Source: Escherichia coli (GTDB lineage: Bacteria > Pseudomonadota > Gammaproteobacteria > Enterobacterales > Enterobacteriaceae). From it: DNA of 2,355 nt. This document shows positions 1 to 2,355 of this stretch, one piece after another (the stretch's first letter is position 1; each line of letters begins with the position of its first letter). The position numbers were made by a program, and so were the translations under genes. The stretch is from assembly GCF_003334785.1 (NCBI RefSeq), contig NZ_QOWV01000057.1, one strand, 5' to 3'. Under the pieces are notes generated by a model. That model did not search any database. It saw only the letters and a program-made list of their open reading frames with translations, and was not told the DNA's origin.

Positions 1-19
1 CGTTATATCCGAAGCCCCC

Positions 20-412
20 GTGGTAAAAAAACGTCCCCGGCGGCCCAACTTCCCTTATGAGTTTAAAATCGCCTTAGTGGAGCAGTCACTGCAGCCCGGA
101 GCCTGTGTGGCGCAGATCGCCCGGGAAAACGGAATCAACGATAACCTGCTCTTCAACTGGCGCCATCAATACCGGAAAGGTGGCCTGCTGCCTTCCGGAA
201 AAAATATGCCGGCACTGCTTCCCGTGACGTTAACGCCGGAGCCGGATAATAAAATCCCGGCCCCCGCACAGGAACCAGAGCAGATAAATACACCGTCCGA
301 CAGTCTGTGTTGTGAGCTGGTTCTGCCGGCCGGAACTCTCAGGCTTAAAGGTAAACTGACGCCGGCGTTATTACAGACACTTATCCGCGAAATAAAAGGG
401 AGCAGCCACTGA
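20..412 (+). CDS. tnpA: IS66-family accessory protein TnpA (orf1), predicted helix-turn-helix DNA-binding protein
   Basis: 130-aa ORF from GTG at 20 to TGA at 410-412. The N-terminus (EFKIALVEQSLQPGACVAQIARENGINDNLLFNWRHQYRKG) fits the HTH pattern of IS66 orf1 and related transposase N-terminal domains. A Pro/Glu-rich linker follows, then a C-terminal segment (ELVLPAGTLRLKGKLTPALLQTLIREI) resembling the conserved orf1 C-terminus. The reading frame is open all the way to position 2, so the true start could lie upstream of the window, and no clear Shine-Dalgarno precedes the GTG. Confidence 0.85.
   Translation: MVKKRPRRPNFPYEFKIALVEQSLQPGACVAQIARENGINDNLLFNWRHQYRKGGLLPSGKNMPALLPVTLTPEPDNKIPAPAQEPEQINTPSDSLCCELVLPAGTLRLKGKLTPALLQTLIREIKGSSH
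396..401 (+). promoter_or_regulatory. Shine-Dalgarno-like AGGGAG for tnpB, embedded in the 3' end of tnpA
   Basis: AGGGAG at 396-401, 10 nt upstream of the tnpB ATG at 412-414. Confidence 0.5.
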
Positions 413-759
413 TGATATCTCTCCCTGCAGGTTCGCGTATCTGGCTGGTTGCAGGTATCACCGATATGCGAAATGGCTTTAACGGCCTGGCATCAAAAGT
501 TCAGAACGTCCTGAAGGATGACCCGTTCTCCGGACACCTGTTCATCTTCCGCGGACGCCGGGGTGACCAGATAAAAGTGTTGTGGGCTGACAGTGACGGA
601 CTGTGCCTCTTCACCAAACGCCTGGAGCGGGGCCGCTTCGTCTGGCCAGTCACCCGTGACGGCAAGGTGCACCTTACTCCGGCTCAGTTATCCATGCTTC
701 TTGAAGGTATCAACTGGAAGCACCCGAAACGAACGGAACGCGCTGGAATCCGCATATAA
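412..759 (+). CDS. tnpB: IS66-family accessory protein TnpB (orf2); unrelated to the IS200/IS605 TnpB nuclease
   Basis: 115-aa ORF, ATG 412-414 to TAA 757-759. The sequence (RIWLVAGITDMRNGFNGLASKVQNVL...PFSGHLFIFRGRRGDQIKVLWADSDGLCLFTKRLERGRFVWP) is characteristic of IS66 orf2 as I recall it from enterobacterial IS66 elements. The start overlaps the tnpA stop (ATGA), as is typical for the family. Confidence 0.92.
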   Translation: MISLPAGSRIWLVAGITDMRNGFNGLASKVQNVLKDDPFSGHLFIFRGRRGDQIKVLWADSDGLCLFTKRLERGRFVWPVTRDGKVHLTPAQLSMLLEGINWKHPKRTERAGIRI

Positions 760-771
760 CCCGTTGTAAAG

Positions 772-777
772 TGAGGA
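772..777 (+). promoter_or_regulatory. Shine-Dalgarno-like GAGGA for tnpC
   Basis: tGAGGAt at 772-778, immediately before the ATG at 779-781. The spacing is short (1-2 nt after the core), so this is only a moderate-confidence RBS. Confidence 0.45.
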
Positions 778-778
778 T

Positions 779-2350
779 ATGGACACCTCACTTGCTCATG
801 AGAACGCCCGCCTGCGGGCACTGTTGCAGACGCAACAGGACACCATCCGCCAGATGGCTGAATACAACCGCCTGCTCTCACAGCGGGTGGCGGCTTATGC
901 TTCCGAAATCAACCGGCTGAAGGCGCTGGTTGCGAAACTGCAACGTATGCAGTTCGGTAAAAGCTCAGAAAAACTTCGTGCAAAAACCGAACGGCAGATA
1001 CAGGAAGCACAGGAGCGAATCAGCGCACTTCAGGAAGAAATGGCGGAAACGCTGGGTGAGCAATATGACCCGGTACTGCCATCCGCCCTGCGCCAGTCTT
1101 CAGCCCGTAAACCGTTACCGGCCTCACTTCCCCGTGAAACCCGGGTTATCCGGCCGGAAGAGGAATGCTGTCCTGCCTGTGGTGGTGAACTCAGTTCTCT
1201 GGGATGTGATGTGTCAGAGCAACTGGAGCTTATCAGCAGCGCCTTTAAGGTTATCGAAACACAACGTCCGAAACAGGCCTGTTGCCGGTGCGACCATATC
1301 GTGCAGGCACCAGTACCTTCAAAACCCATTGCACGCAGTTATGCCGGAGCGGGGCTTCTGGCCCATGTTGTCACCGGGAAATATGCAGACCATCTGCCGT
1401 TATACCGCCAGTCAGAAATATACCGTCGTCAGGGAGTGGAGCTGAGCCGTGCCACACTGGGGCGCTGGACAGGTGCTGTTGCTGAACTGCTGGAGCCGCT
1501 GTATGACGTCCTGCGCCAGTATGTGCTGATGCCCGGTAAAGTCCATGCTGATGATATCCCCGTCCCGGTCCAGGAGCCGGGCAGCGGTAAAACCCGGACA
1601 GCCCGGCTGTGGGTCTACGTCCGTGATGACCGTAACGCCGGTTCACAGATGCCCCCGGCGGTCTGGTTCGCGTACAGTCCGGACCGGAAAGGTATCCATC
1701 CACAAAATCACCTGGCCGGTTACAGCGGTGTGCTTCAGGCCGATGCTTACGGTGGTTACCGGGCGTTATACGAATCCGGCAGAATAACGGAAGCCGCGTG
1801 TATGGCTCATGCCCGGAGAAAAATCCACGATGTGCATGCAAGAGCGCCCACCTACATCACCACGGAAGCCCTGCAGCGTATCGGTGAACTGTATGCCATC
1901 GAGGCAGAGGTCCGGGGCTGTTCAGCAGAACAGCGTCTGGCGGCAAGAAAAGCCAGAGCCGCGCCACTGATGCAGTCACTGTATGACTGGATACAGCAAC
2001 AGATGAAAACACTGTCGCGTCACTCAGATACGGCAAAAGCGTTCGCATACCTGCTGAAACAGTGGGATGCACTGAACGTGTACTGCAGTAATGGCTGGGT
2101 GGAAATCGACAACAACATCGCAGAGAACGCCTTACGGGGAGTGGCCGTAGGCCGGAAAAACTGGATGTTCGCGGGTTCCGACAGCGGTGGTGAACATGCG
2201 GCGGTGTTGTACTCGCTGATCGGCACATGCCGTCTGAACAATGTGGAGCCAGAAAAGTGGCTGCGTTACGTCATTGAACATATCCAGGACTGGCCGGCAA
2301 ACCGGGTACGCGATCTGTTGCCCTGGAAAGTTGATCTGAGCTCTCAGTAA
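779..2350 (+). CDS. tnpC: IS66-family DDE transposase TnpC (orf3)
   Basis: 523-aa ORF, ATG 779 to TAA 2348-2350. It has an N-terminal heptad-rich coiled-coil region with the IS66-typical FGKSSEKL motif (nt 953-976). A CxxC...CxxC zinc-finger-like pair follows (CPAC at 1169-1180, CRC at 1283-1291). Candidate catalytic residues are HADD (D at 1550-1555), QADAYGGY (D at 1742-1744) and NNIAEN (E at 2123-2125). Length and domain order match IS66 transposases. Confidence 0.95.
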   Translation: MDTSLAHENARLRALLQTQQDTIRQMAEYNRLLSQRVAAYASEINRLKALVAKLQRMQFGKSSEKLRAKTERQIQEAQERISALQEEMAETLGEQYDPVLPSALRQSSARKPLPASLPRETRVIRPEEECCPACGGELSSLGCDVSEQLELISSAFKVIETQRPKQACCRCDHIVQAPVPSKPIARSYAGAGLLAHVVTGKYADHLPLYRQSEIYRRQGVELSRATLGRWTGAVAELLEPLYDVLRQYVLMPGKVHADDIPVPVQEPGSGKTRTARLWVYVRDDRNAGSQMPPAVWFAYSPDRKGIHPQNHLAGYSGVLQADAYGGYRALYESGRITEAACMAHARRKIHDVHARAPTYITTEALQRIGELYAIEAEVRGCSAEQRLAARKARAAPLMQSLYDWIQQQMKTLSRHSDTAKAFAYLLKQWDALNVYCSNGWVEIDNNIAENALRGVAVGRKNWMFAGSDSGGEHAAVLYSLIGTCRLNNVEPEKWLRYVIEHIQDWPANRVRDLLPWKVDLSSQ

Positions 2351-2355
2351 ATATC

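Larger units (their letters stand above)
1..2355 (+). mobile_element. IS66-family insertion sequence, internal portion (tnpA-tnpB-tnpC); both termini lie outside the window
   Basis: Three co-oriented ORFs of about 130, 115 and 523 aa in the characteristic IS66 order, with an ATGA overlap between the first two and a short gap before the third. Products match recalled hallmarks of IS66 orf1, orf2 and the transposase. No terminal inverted repeat is recognisable in the 19 nt upstream of tnpA or the 5 nt after tnpC. Confidence 0.9.

Noticed and set aside
1-19. TTATAT at 3-8 as a -10 promoter element, or the first 19 nt as part of the left inverted repeat
   Set aside because: Too little upstream sequence to test for a -35 element or for inverted complementarity with the other end, and the 5 nt after tnpC cannot contain the right repeat. 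Unsupported from this window.
400-420. IS3-style programmed -1 ribosomal frameshift fusing tnpA and tnpB
   Set aside because: No slippery heptamer (A AAA AAG type) at the junction. The junction is a simple ATGA overlap with an upstream SD-like sequence, which fits independent coupled initiation.
412-759. Possibility that tnpB encodes an RNA-guided (OMEGA / Cas12-ancestor) nuclease
   Set aside because: That is the IS200/IS605 TnpB, a protein of roughly 400 aa with a RuvC domain. This is the unrelated 115-aa IS66 orf2, and no flanking structured RNA region is evident.
700-778. Internal promoter for tnpC within the 3' end of tnpB (TTGAAG near 700, TATAAC near 755)
   Set aside because: Spacing between the two hexamers is about 49 bp, far from the roughly 17 bp needed for a sigma70 promoter. 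tnpC is more simply co-transcribed with tnpA and tnpB.
684-2241. Eight additional ORFs of 65-171 aa in the six-frame track (684-881 -, 930-1445 +, 1030-1329 -, 1282-1485 +, 1371-1841 -, 1545-1787 +, 1857-2228 -, 2020-2241 -)
   Set aside because: All but one lie entirely inside tnpC in alternative frames or antisense; 684-881 straddles the tnpB end and tnpC start. Their translations are rich in Arg/Ser/Pro/Cys/His with no recognisable motifs, as expected from off-frame reading of GC-rich coding DNA. None has a plausible RBS and start context.
1-2355. CRISPR arrays, tandem repeats, tRNA/rRNA genes, or defence and cargo genes
   Set aside because: No direct-repeat periodicity or RNA-gene-like structure was visible on reading, and the three IS genes occupy essentially all of the window, leaving no space for cargo.

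Overview
The whole window is the coding core of a single IS66-family insertion sequence, on the + strand. It holds the canonical three-gene module: tnpA (orf1, 20-412), tnpB (orf2, 412-759, overlapping tnpA in an ATGA junction) and the DDE transposase tnpC (orf3, 779-2350). The window begins about 19 nt before tnpA and ends 5 nt after tnpC, so both terminal inverted repeats, any target-site duplication and the insertion context lie outside it. I find no CRISPR array, RNA gene, cargo gene or defence-like system here, and nothing to support an undescribed system; the remaining ORFs in the six-frame track look like off-frame artefacts inside tnpC. Family assignment rests on recalled protein motifs and gene organisation, not on a database search.
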